A stretch of DNA of 64,000 nt from Haliotis rubra (Eukaryota), in the NCBI RefSeq assembly GCF_003918875.1, contig NW_025767080.1:2666001-2730000 (forward strand), in the 5' to 3' direction. Position numbers and translations under genes: made by a program. The notes under the pieces were generated by a model. It did no database searches. It saw only the letters and a program-made list of their open reading frames with translations, and had not been told where the DNA came from. Below, in pieces: positions 51,811 to 64,000 of this stretch (position 1 is its first letter; each line of letters opens with the position of its first letter).

Positions 51811-54800
51811 TTTTGATGAGTGCATTAGCCTTGCTTATACACGTGACGTGGATGGTTGCAATTGCATGCTGGTCGTAACTGGTTGTCCTAGGATCGGTGG
51901 TCTCAGGAACTCGGCTAATTACGTGTCATTGTATCACACTGGCTCAGTAGCTAGATCATTGGTTTGTCCGTCTTTACCATCGAGGTCTCATCATCGATGT
52001 CCCGAGAGACCACTACAAGCACGATACAAAACGGAAAACGACAACGGTGACCCAAAGATGTTGTCGATAATGCATTTCAGTGCCCACATACGCGACCTCA
52101 AACTTGAGGTCATGGTACGGTCCCTCTGTTGAGACGTCAACGTCTGAAGGAATCCGGATTCAGTTTTGGGAATTACAAGACTGATCGCTCAAAAGGCTTT
52201 AAAGAACATAACCACACACATTTTCTTACAAGAACAAAGTTAAAATAGCTTTATCTTTTTCTTTAAGTACCACAATCTGATCTGTTCTGATAAGATGTTT
52301 TATACTTGCTTGACCCTTCCAATGTGACCTTAGCTGACATAACAGAGTTAGATCTCGACAGCCATGAAGGTTCTTGTGTTCTGTCTGTGTATGGTCGTTG
52401 CCTTTGGTGAGTTACTTGGGATTTCAGAAATTATTGTATTAATTGAAGTAAATCCTCCATATGATACAAGACATACCTTACACACAGAAACAGAAACGAT
52501 CCCTTAGATTCATAATTGTGTGGTCAATTTTGAACAGCCTGGTACTACCGCCGAGGGCTCATGTTCGATTTCCTACGTGGGAATAGAGTGTGAAGCCTTT
52601 ACTGGCGTCACCAGTGAGAGGGTGTTTGGTGGCTAAATTTGAGTACAATCGCCAGCCGCTGAAGAGATGGTTTAAATCCAGATAGGCTCTATGCATATAA
52701 GTCCCCATGGACACTGGTGTTTTAGCTTCAGTCGCTGGCGATCAGTAGCCTGTTTTTATATTTTATTGGTTTCAACAATGGTATCATTGTTGTTGTGGTA
52801 TGTCAGTTTTAAATCTATGTATGTGGTACTGTAGCTGTTTTAGTGTCCTTTTTTGACAGAAATTTATATCGTTAAGTTATATAAGTATATACATTTCGTA
52901 GTCACGATACGGCTGAAATGCTGCTGATGTAACTTAATATGTTAACTCACTCACTTAAAATATTTTCACAGTAAAATATCTCAGTTACGTGGTCTTATAT
53001 TAGGCATTATTCATATTCAGGGTACTTCTGAACTAGACAACGTGACTTTTGTGTGCCACATGATGACGAATACGTTTTATCTATAGGTCATCATACCACA
53101 GATTAAAACTCCACCAGACATGAAAGATAAAACACCACTTTGTGAAAAACGTATTTTTATTGTATAGGTTTTGATTCACCAACAAATTTGTATTAATAAT
53201 GTTTTTCAGTAAATGAAATAAAGGATAAAATTACAAATAAACCGATTTCTTGATAGAAAGATTGGTAAAATAAAACAATTAGGGCGTTTATAGTTTTTAC
53301 CCTTATAGAGATAAACAGTAGATTCAAACAAACAGATTCAGCTTGTAGATCAAATTTTACTCACAAATGGACAGTTGTGAATAACCGAAAAAGGTAAACG
53401 AACTGAGGACCCGCTAATAACGGTGTTTCGAAGGTTAGATAGGATCGACTACAAACACACATACAGTATATTACAGATATACCGAACTCAAAGTGACACC
53501 TCATTTTAGGTCGTTATAACCGTAGTTACGAATAACCGTCATAGGTATTTCGACTCAAATATGAAGCACGTGGCCGGGATCAATATAACCAGTTCGTTAC
53601 AAGCGTGGTTTACTGACGCTAAAGCACACTTCACCTCATCACCAATGAATTAATGATATCCCTTTTCATGAGTACACATTTCGACTTAAATTCCCAGGCA
53701 TCGTCAGCAGCGAACTGTGCAGCGGCAATGACGCCAGCACTTGTTCCCGAGAGAAGTGCGACACCAACTACCAGCTAGCATGCGTCAAGAGCGAATGTAC
53801 GTGTCTCGTCTCAGCGTGCTTCACCGGACAGGGTGAGGCGTTATACACCTTACTCACAGATATAATACAACGAATCCTCTTTACTCGAAGTCCATTTATT
53901 CATCATTGTAGAACTGCTATTGGCTTTAGCATTCGCCTCTCAGAACAACATCATCGCTATATGGCCGAAATATTGCCTATGCGACATTAAATTTAAACCA
54001 CTCACCGTCGGTGCTACGGTTAACTCGATATGTGTTTTGATGCAATGTTTCTCAGTTTATTCCTCGTTTTTTCCTGAGTGGCTGTGTTGCTCCTGTACAA
54101 TATTCTGTGTGGTTATATCTGCACCTTTCCCGTCCGTATAAGAATCGTGCCACGCCCACGCCGACCACTGCCTCCATGCTGCCGCTGCTGTTGGATGCCG
54201 TTGTCAGCACAACTGGCACTGTATAAACCACCGTTGTTACTGTGGAGGAAGGTGAGAATATTACTTTTAATGATTCAAATTTAAAAATAACGCTTTGTTG
54301 TTAGGCCACAGTAAAGCAACGTGATGTTTATTAGCAATCTAACTATAGACAGCCCTACGACATTTACTTAGAAATAACAAATCAACTGTACATGTGATTT
54401 GAATTTCATGTCATGTAATAGTAGTCGGATGATACTGACACACAAACATCTGTTACTTTGATGTGTTTAAAAAGGTATATTTGTGTTTGGTCCTTAAGTT
54501 ACGGCGATTGTTTTAAGCCCAGTAACGTTTTGAGTCAAATCCAGATTTGAACTGTATACTGTGTTTTGCCTCGCACATTTGTCGGTGGTTTTCACGAACC
54601 TCTGGAAGTCTGACAATAAGGGGCATGAGTTTCTGTAATATGTTTACTATTTGGTTGAATTACATGAAAATACCTCCGACTAAAACTACATATTTTACGT
54701 GCGCTTTGCTCAGTTATTAAGCTCATTATTTAACTTTGTTTCGTTCGCAGGACTTGATCAAGACAAAAGCTGATCACGAGATAACTTGCTGTTTTTCATA

Positions 54801-56030
54801 TGATAGTAAAAAAATGAATGTTTAGACGCTTATCTTGTTATTCATCACGGTATGTTCGGTACTCAGTGAGTTGGTTTTGCTTGTTGTTTAACGCCTCACT
54901 CAGCAATATTCCAGCTTATATTGTGGCGTCCTGTAAATATTCCAGTCCTGACTAGACAATCCAGTGATCACATCGATCTGCGCAATTGGAATACGATGTC
55001 ATGTGTCAACCAAGTCAGCGAGCTTGACCACCCGATCCTGTTAGTCACCTCTTACGACAAGCAAGGGTAACTGAAAACCAATTCTAACCAGAATCTTCAC
55101 GGGTTCGATCCTCTGTTTTTTGGGAAGAGAAGATGACGATATCCGTTCGCATTGTATCCGGAAAAACATGAGTTTTCACTTGGTACAAGAGTGTTTGGGG
55201 CAAAGGTGACGACGTAGTCTGTGGCGTCAGAATTCTCTGTGCAGAATATGCTGTTGCATCCTGCATCGCTGATTGACCCTTTTGTCGACACCAATGATCC
55301 TAGTTAGAAAAGATTACAACTGTTTGTGGTCTGCTTTCCTTCAAATTGGAACACTCTCTATAGTTTGGCATGAAATGCATGTGGACCCGTTTTTTTGTAA
55401 ATATCTCTTCATCTAATGACCCAATCGATCTCAAACTGAGCAAGTGGATGTTTTGTCAGACAACCTAATCACATTGTAAATCACCGATGTTAAGCATTTG
55501 TATTAAAGAATCTGTCTATGTAACTGTCAACAAAATAAACAGCAGAACGCAGACTGCTTGCAGAGGGAGGGAGCCAATGACCTGTAACAGCGGCAGTGTT
55601 GGGTCATAAAGGTAAATGCACGTGCAGTTCATGATAGTTACCTGTGCACTGCACAGTGATAGACCGTTTGGATCATTCACATTGACTACTAACTGTCATC
55701 ATGAAAGCTTATTCAGATGATGCTAAACGTTTAATTAGAAATGTGTTGAATTTTTTTTTTTAAAAAGCAAACGTAGCAAACCGATTTATAAGGTGTCGGA
55801 TTACATGAAACGTACATACCTGACCTACATTGACGAACATTGACCTTTATGACACAACTACATTGCGATAGACACACAGGTGCAAATATAAAATCAACGC
55901 TTCCCATACACAAAGAATCACCCGTAAAATGTACATTTTGCACTTACTGTCCCTGCAATAGGTTATGCTGTTATCGTTATTTGAAATACTCAGTATATAG
56001 TTCCAGTCCAGTCAGTTTATTGCATGAAGG

Positions 56031-56335
56031 TCATAGGCTCATATGCAAAATAAATAAATATGCATAATATGTACAACATATACAACATACGTTACAGTGA
56101 ATAACAAATAGAGCTACCGTACAAGGATGCTTTACAAGAAGTGTTGAATTCAGTTTTGTAGCATAAATATTTGATTGTAGCCATTGTGGAAAATACATTT
56201 GCCTTAAATCATTATATACAGGACAAAGATTCATTCTCCACAGTATTACAAAATGGTAGAACCTTTGTAATTTTACAATTATACAACGGAATGTATTCTA
56301 CATGTGTTGCACACAAGTCACAAGTATATCTGCGT
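56031..56335 (-). mobile_element. LINE 3'-end remnant
   Basis: NLCPVYNDLRQMY, similar to the C-terminal region of the LINE at 1742-1942. Confidence 0.55.
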
Positions 56336-59300
56336 AGGTTGTCCGTTTGCTATTGTCCGCACCCAGGAATATTCCCGTTACAGGACAATGGTCTCTAATC
56401 GAATCTGGACCGGACAATCCAGTGATTCCAGTGTATGTGCGTACACAGTATCACCTCTGCAATGTTGTGTACATGTTAGCGTAAACAGTGCATAATAAAC
56501 GTAGTCTCACGACAACAAAACATCAAGGGTATTCATGAAAAAGTTGGGAATGGCAATTGTCATAATTTTGGTTACTGAGTCGTCAGACCCCGAAACTTTT
56601 CTCCACATGTCTCAACTAAAATATTTTGACGGTCTTGTGTGTTGTGGATGCTGTAACTCCACAGGCACGGGTGTTAAAAGTGCCCAGTGACCAACGCTTG
56701 TCATAAAAGGCGACTGAATGGTTTAGTTGGTCAGGTTCGCTGACTTGGCTGTTGCATGTCATCGTATCTGAGACATCGACAGATCTTAAGATGTCCAATA
56801 TATTATTTTATGGACTTCTGCTTCTTTATGCTTTAACTTTATGCTTTATGCTTTAACACACACCGTTTCGGGACCATTACACATCCATTTATCAGGTGAA
56901 CTCCTAAAGCATAAAGTTAACGCATAAAGAAGCTGAAATCTTGGACATTTATATATAACTTCTAAATGCCGCTAAAAGACAAGATCCTAAAATGTCAATC
57001 ACTGGATTGTCTGACTCAGTTACTATTTGATATTAATCGACTTATATTACTGAGTACGGTGTTTTATAAAACAACAAAACAAATGTAACCAGGAAACATT
57101 CGATTTGAGCAAGAGTTTTATGACTGAAGATTTTTTAGAAAGATCATGCTAGAAGTATATCAACAGTTATATATAATTGTTACACTTAACGCCGGAGCTG
57201 CTAGAATATTGCTCGACATAAAGGGAAACTTTACTTTTAGAAAGTTAAAACTCATCTCTCTTATCTTAGAGTCTTGTGGACAAGCATTTCCATTACTGCG
57301 ATTCCTTAGCATAAGAATACGAGCAAGGCCGTGTTTAGGAACATAGCAAAGCAATAAATGAAACCTTAAATGTTTAAAAAGGAGTTCATACATAAACAAG
57401 TATTTCGGAAATGTTAAATTAAAAAAAAATTTAAAAAATAACTTACAAATAGTCTTAGTACCGTCCGCAGATACAGTATTATCTCCAAACAAGACATGCT
57501 GGATGCATGTACGAGGGGAGAATACTCGTTAATTCAGTCAACAAACCCGTTGTGCTATGACTCACACAAAGTTAATGATACACATAGTTAACTGATTTGG
57601 ACCTCTGATAAACCAACTAAGTTATATGGATTATTACATACAAACGTAATTACCTCTGCTGTGTTTGGCTTCGATATTAAAGCTTAGTAAAGAAATTAAT
57701 TGCTGGTAGCACGGCTCCCTACAACACACCGTTATGAGTGAATCAGTTGGAGTTAACGCCGCTCGGAATAGTATTTTTATTCCTGGAATAGTATTTTTTT
57801 CCCTGGAATAGTATTTATGTAACGTGAAGGGCTGCTTCTGTTGGTGTTTCTAATTGACGATGTGTAATAAATTACCTGGTACTACCGAGGATATTAATTA
57901 AAGTTCATGCTAAAGATCAGCACTGTGTTGTGGAGTAGTTAAAGATCCCGTGTAGTAGCCCAGTGGTTAAAGCGTTCGCTCGTCACTCCGAGGGCCTGGG
58001 TTCGATTTCTCATATGGGAACGCCGTTTGAAACCCGTTTCTGGTGTCGTTGATATTGTGTGGATATTACTGAAAGCGGAGTAAACCCAACTCACTAATGA
58101 CTAGCAGCTCCTCACAGTGAATTGTACCACGTGATGGATCACTGAAACGTGTGTGTCCCGACACTAGCTTGGTTTCACCTTACAACTGTTACACCAACAA
58201 TCATTGAAACGAATGTTAGTCAATGGCACATGTTGGGCGAGACAGGTAGAATGTGATTTACTTCGGACAGTCACGGAAGCGTTCTCTAGGCATACAACAC
58301 CCCCTGAATTTGGAATAAAATTATTGTTTTTCACGAAAATGGTGAATGAATGAGTTTGGGTTTCACCGCTTTGGCAATGATTTTGAAGAACTATGTCGGA
58401 GACACAAGAAGCTGCACAATATACCTTATAGGGAATCAAACGTGGCGTGGCGAGCCAACTGTTTAACCATTAAGCTGTCGGTAAAAGAAATCGCCCTGAT
58501 ATATTATGTTTCTAGGTTTATCAACAACAAACCCATGGTCTCGGGGCTCATCGAATATTCGAACTTTGAAAATTTACGCCAATGCGGGTTTTTTCTACCA
58601 CGTGGCACTAAGACCAATACATGTAAATACTGTTCAAACCAAAACCTGCACTTCACTCACTCATAACATTCCGCACGTTTTTGATAGGATTGCAAAATCA
58701 TTACTTATCAATCTCCAATCGGACTGATATATATGGAAGGATGAAATGGAACCCTGTTTATGTCCCGTGACAATGCCTTGATATTGTGAAATGGAAACAC
58801 ATAGATTGTTTTATTCAATGATCATGGGATAAAGGTAAACCATGTGATCTGTTGCTGGTATTCAGCCCCCCTCCCAACAGGGTAATAAACCCTATGACCC
58901 ATCGCAGCAACCTACACCGCGATCATCTCCCGTGGTGCCTCTCTCTGAAACATGGAGCCCCTCGCGGTTCTAATTCCACGCCAGCTTCTATTAGCACCGG
59001 GAGGCTAATTAATTGTGTTATTTAAATATAGAGCAGAGTCGAGTACTTAGCACGTGGGATACATGTACCGCTTGCATTATGGGAGATCACTGTTGTTGAC
59101 TTAGGCGCGGCTGTTAGGATCGATAATATTTCAGTTGCTTCCCATTTGTTTACGAGTTTAGTTCAGTTTTCTGACTATAGGCGGCGATTCTAGCCTGGGG
59201 AACCAATCAGCTGTTGAATAATCGATTGGCGCTAATTGTATTCAATATGGAGGTCGGTAGTGACTATTTGTCATATGTCAGATCAGCACTGCTAGTGTTT

Positions 59301-60238
59301 CTTTGGTATTAGTTCCTATCTGAACATGCTCTGTCCGCAAATTGATTGATAGCAAGAAATTCGAAGCATTCCTCAAAAGAGGTACAACGTAATGTCGCGG
59401 TAATTTATCCAGGGCTTGTGTTGGAAACACGACCGTGGATGTTGGAACTGAGCTGGGTTGGAGCAGCGCGAGAGAGGGGAGATACGTCTCAAGGCTCATG
59501 GCCAGGTTATTTTACTAAGATGTCGGTACCGGGGTTGAAGATGCGCTCGGACTGAAGTGGGTCAAGCCAGCTAGGTAGTCTTTGTGTTTCAAGTGTGGAC
59601 ATTGTGCTGGGCCATTCCCCCAGGGCGCAGGGACCGCTGTCAAGAATATGTGATGCTATAAGAACTCAGCTGCAAGATTCCTTGCCAGGCGTCAAAAATC
59701 TTTGCGCCCAAAAGTGTCTAGATTTTTATTACGCACCATGCCGAACAGTTTGAAGGAATTAGAGGTGGAATGGCGTTGCTAAATATCTAATTAACTCTAT
59801 TTGATGTTCAAAGCGAATCTGTCGAGCGAAAGCAGGCACGGTTTCAGCGATAGGGACACGAGAACGGTTGGTTCCATGCTACCAGTGCACGGGATGTAAT
59901 GTTCGTAAAGCAAGCATTGATTTTCTAGGATTTTCGCCCGCCTCAAAGTCTTTAAACAGCGGGCATATCTACATGGACAGTGTGTGTTTCTGAGGAATCA
60001 AATTTTAACGGATGGAATGGGGTATGGGTGAAAATACATGCCGGTAGAACGCATGGCTAAATCCATGCATGAGATTGTATATTGATTGGGACTGTGAATT
60101 GGTCGATTGGCACATGTCTTGGTGGATGACCAAGAGGAGGGCTCGCTCGCCTTGTTGTCGCTGGTACTCTGTTTGGGGAGGGTTACGCCTTCAGACACAG
60201 ATTTCAAAGGCTGTTAAAGAAATTAACTCGTGATTGTA

Positions 60239-60361
60239 ATGATGGCTCACCGAAACAGCACGAAGCGGTCGGAATCCCTGCCGAACACTTTACCAGGTGC
60301 AATGTTTGGAAACGGACAACACAGCGCCGAGGATAACCCAAACTACTTGGTGTATAAGAAG
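60239..60361 (+). CDS. Candidate first coding exon of an unidentified gene (MMAHRNSTKRSESLPNTLPGAMFGNGQHSAEDNPNYLVYKK)
   Basis: ATG after a CpG-richer, TE-poor block, phase-0 donor AAG|GTTCGT, then a shift to AT-rich sequence; no recognised homology. Confidence 0.3.
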
Positions 60362-62764
60362 GTTCGTAATCTCATAGACAGTTATAGTCCGTTTCCTATA
60401 ATCACCGCTTCCTTGTTTCAGTATCACTTGTAGAAAGAACGTTTTTTGGCACCTGTTGCAGGAATCAAAGAAATTAATTTGGAGTTCCACTTATTTCTCC
60501 TTTAGGATGTTCGTGTTTTACCATTATTTGTTGGGTACCCATGTTTATTCCTTGTTTCAAAGAATGGAATCATTTGTTTTATTTCCAGAGAATAAGGTGT
60601 GTGTTAGAAATGCTTATGTTTTCATATATTTTGCTTATTCAGCAGTTTGTGACAGGACCTTCTGTTATTTTAAACATTTTTTGTGCTGACATTCCACATA
60701 TACTGCTCATAGTTAAATATTTTAGTTTTAAAATGTCTTACATTTGAAATGCATGTTTTCATAAATTCACTTTGACTACTTTCCATGAATGACTCAACAA
60801 CATTAATTGACTTTTTTATCATGTGTTTAGAAATGCATGTACTCTAGGGTTTTGGGGTTTGTTTGTTTCCACGATAAGAAGAACCTGGCAAATGTAAGGG
60901 ACACAACTCTACAGCAAATGGAAGTGTGTTAAATATCATATCGATCCAGATATCAATAGGAGCTTTTAGCCATAACCTGTCAATTCAATCATTAAAAAGG
61001 TGAAATCACAAATTACAAACCTACTGAGACCTTAAGAAAATAAAATGCTGCCATTTGTTAACGTTTTACTGTATGCTGGAAAAGATCTCCCAAACAAGAC
61101 AATCTTTCACACATCTTGCAATGTAAATGGATTTATCACTTGACCATGTTGACCACTGTGGTAATATCATAATATCCCCATTTGACTGTGGTTTAAATCT
61201 TGGTAAGTGATCCAAGGAACACAAGACACCGACAGCTGCCATATTTCTCTTAAGGAACCTCTTGAGTTCTGTAATGAGATGAGGATGGTTGAAGCATAAG
61301 AGAGTGATTTTATTACCCCATGCTCATGTTTACATGGTTTATATGTCTGGCCTTTGCCCACATTGAAAGGGAAGGTGGCAGAGTAGACAAGGTGGCAGGT
61401 TTTAACCAAGTGGAATATGACAGCACTTCACATGCTTCTGTCGACATGGCTGAAATAATACTGATGTCACTATAAGTCTTAACTCACTCGCTCATATACC
61501 TGTGTCAATAATTGTGTTGGGTGACCCCTATTGAATACCCTAGAATGCACTAGTGTATGTCAATCAAGTATCAGGTTTAATTCCCCTTCAGTCATACATG
61601 GCTTACCTGTGCCTCTAATACTGCAGTTTTCAGAGATCAGACCTTTTTCTGTTGTTTTGATATAATGAATTATGATCTTTTGTATGTGACATTAAGTATT
61701 GAGAAAAGAAATTATACATATGATATATTGTCTGATTTATATTGGAAATCTGCGGAGCAAATGAGATGAAGAGAAGGGCTAATCACAAATTTCAGTGATT
61801 TACAGTTTGTTCACACAGTTTATGAGAATTTAAGAGACATCATCATTATGTAACACATGTGGTATTCCTGACAACTTTTCAATTATGTTCTTTACCTCAT
61901 ACTGTGGACAATTGCTCCATTGTGGGTGTGGCCTGATACTATCATGTTGACAACTGATCCAATATTGGTCTGGCCCTATTCCATATTCTTCACAACTGCT
62001 CCAGTGGTTGTCTAGTTATATACTATTTTCGTGATAACTGATTCAGTATTATGCTACACAATACTACTATGTGTAATACTTTATTCTTCACAAATGCTCA
62101 AGTTTTGCACTGGTCTAGTACTATAATTATTACAACTTATACATTGTAAGCCTGACAATGTTATGACAACTGACAAGTATGGGCCTGGTTGTGTGCTGTA
62201 TTCATGACAACTGTTTCAAAATTGGCCTGCTCTAATACTACATTCTAGAATACTCGCCAACTTCTGGACACTAGACATAATCTTCAGTGTAATGTTGTAG
62301 GTTTGTTGTCATTTTGAACTGCGAGACAGTGCTCTCTGGAAAGTTGTTGGGATCAAGCACTTTTTGTAATTTCTGCTGAACATTTGTGATGCACAACAGT
62401 TTTGAGGATGTAAAAACTTGTGGGGAGTTTTCAATTAAAATATATCATAGACCACTCTTGATCTGATGTAACTAAAGTGTTCTTAGGACTACACCTGTGG
62501 TAAGCCTGTGTTGAAGTATGGGAGTATGGGAAAGAACTGTGACTTTCTTTTCTTATTAATAAGGATTTTCATGAGACAATTCTTAAAACAAGACCATCTC
62601 TCTCAGTGGAGACCCAGATTAGACATTTGTAATATTGCAGGCATCCGGATCTGAAATCATTATTTTTAGGATTTTTGCAATGTTTCTATATTTTAAAAAA
62701 ATGATTTTTGCATTAGGCAACCTAAAGAAAACTAATATTTCTCTCTGTCTTTACTGTCAGTTTA

Positions 62765-63090
62765 GGCCAAACAAAAACAATGTTGTGGTTCCGATAACAC
62801 CTCTTTAAAATTTAGGGTAGGTAGGTAGGAATTTTTTGTTTTTTTACATTCTTTTTAGAACTAGAATTAAAGTACAAACTAATAACATATTTATCAATGT
62901 GCAATTGTTTATTCAATCAAGCTTGCGGCCATCATGTCGACTTTCTTTATCAGAATGACCAATGTCCGTCGGTGCCATGAAAAAACAATGTTATCTGAAA
63001 GCTTATTTTATTCATACCACTAAACAACTAGAGTCAGCACCAGAATTCAAGGGTCGGGTAATCAGAACCACAACAAAAAAACTTTAGGCC
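62765..63090. mobile_element. PIF/Harbinger-type (Tourist-like) MITE
   Basis: GGCC termini flanked by TTA/TAA; inverted tgttgtggtt(c/t).gat.ac subterminal sequence. Confidence 0.6.
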
Positions 63091-64000
63091 TAAAGGAGTA
63101 ACATCCTTTAATGAAATAATTTGAAGCTTGTATTTTCCCAAATACGTTTATATAGTATGTTTTCGTGTGTAATTCTGTGAACTGAAATAGAAAGTTTGTT
63201 ATGCAAAATAAGCAGCCATTAGAAAATGAAACTTGAGAATATGCTACTCAAATATGGCCAAGGATTTTCCAATGGCTGTATTAATCTGTTTCCCTATCAA
63301 AAGTTTAGTAATATATTTGTATTCCAGAATGAAAACATTGGAAGCTTTTAGTTGTTGAAAGCCTATCTTTAACCTGTTTTGTATAGATTAGGTGTAATTC
63401 TTTCTCTAAATAATAAATGAATATTATGTTTTAAGATATTTCTTGAACAAACAATTTGTATTGAATTTAAAAAGCAATGAATGAATGTACTACATGGATA
63501 TGGATGTATTCTGAAAGTGTAAGTGGAAAGTAAATAGATCCATTGCAGATAACAAACCATGACATATAATACTGTTGTTGTTTTTGTGGCTTATTAGCGC
63601 TGTACAATCAGTATTAAATACTTTTATATTAATAGGGCATATACCACTCAACATGTTCATTGTAACATTGACAAGTATCTTTCAATATTTATAAACTGAA
63701 AACATTGCAGTTGTTTTGCATAATGTACAGACATACATAGGCATAAACTAATTACATTGTACTCAAAAAGTATTGTGATTTTTTTATGGACTTAAATACT
63801 TGTGGTTTAGAATTTTATGTTAAATTTTAATTAAGAGTAAATTTAAAGTCTGTTTAATTTACTTCTATCAAAATAACTTGGCTCAAAATCAACACATGTA
63901 TAAAGAATACATAAAACCAGAATTTGTATGCCTTAGGAATATATAATGTGAGTCTTGTGATACTTGTGTTGGTGTTGTAATTATTGTCTGTTATTAATGC

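Noticed and set aside
51471-52132. His/Pro/Ser/Ile-rich ORFs
   Set aside because: Translation of the (CCAT)n microsatellite and SINE debris.

Overview
Eukaryotic, AT-rich, repeat-dense DNA, most likely molluscan and probably abalone (Haliotis-like), inferred from SINEs with (ACTC)n tails and a Nin-like core. The left 45 kb holds a tandem array of seven minus-strand paralogs (A-G) of a small secreted cysteine-rich protein resembling the oyster cvSI-2 serine protease inhibitor family (MEROPS I84). The ORF track misses them because each gene has four exons: a 43-nt signal-peptide exon, two Cys-rich module exons, and a terminal exon with only 10 coding nt. That last exon turns the apparent ...GV-stop into ...GV-G-K-stop, a C-terminal amidation signal. 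Copies B, D, F and G are intact, A runs off the left edge, C has lost exon 1 and its promoter, and E has a damaged first donor (possibly an assembly error). E, F and G lie in a recent ~7.1-7.5 kb tandem triplication. Between genes are LINE, SINE, Tc1/mariner and MITE fossils, a 2.7-kb long-TIR element carrying a decayed C2H2 zinc-finger exon, and a GC-rich island of possible viral or Polinton origin with a hairpin head. The right ~19 kb is mostly TE debris plus weak candidates for first exons of a plus-strand gene. All coordinates were read by eye.
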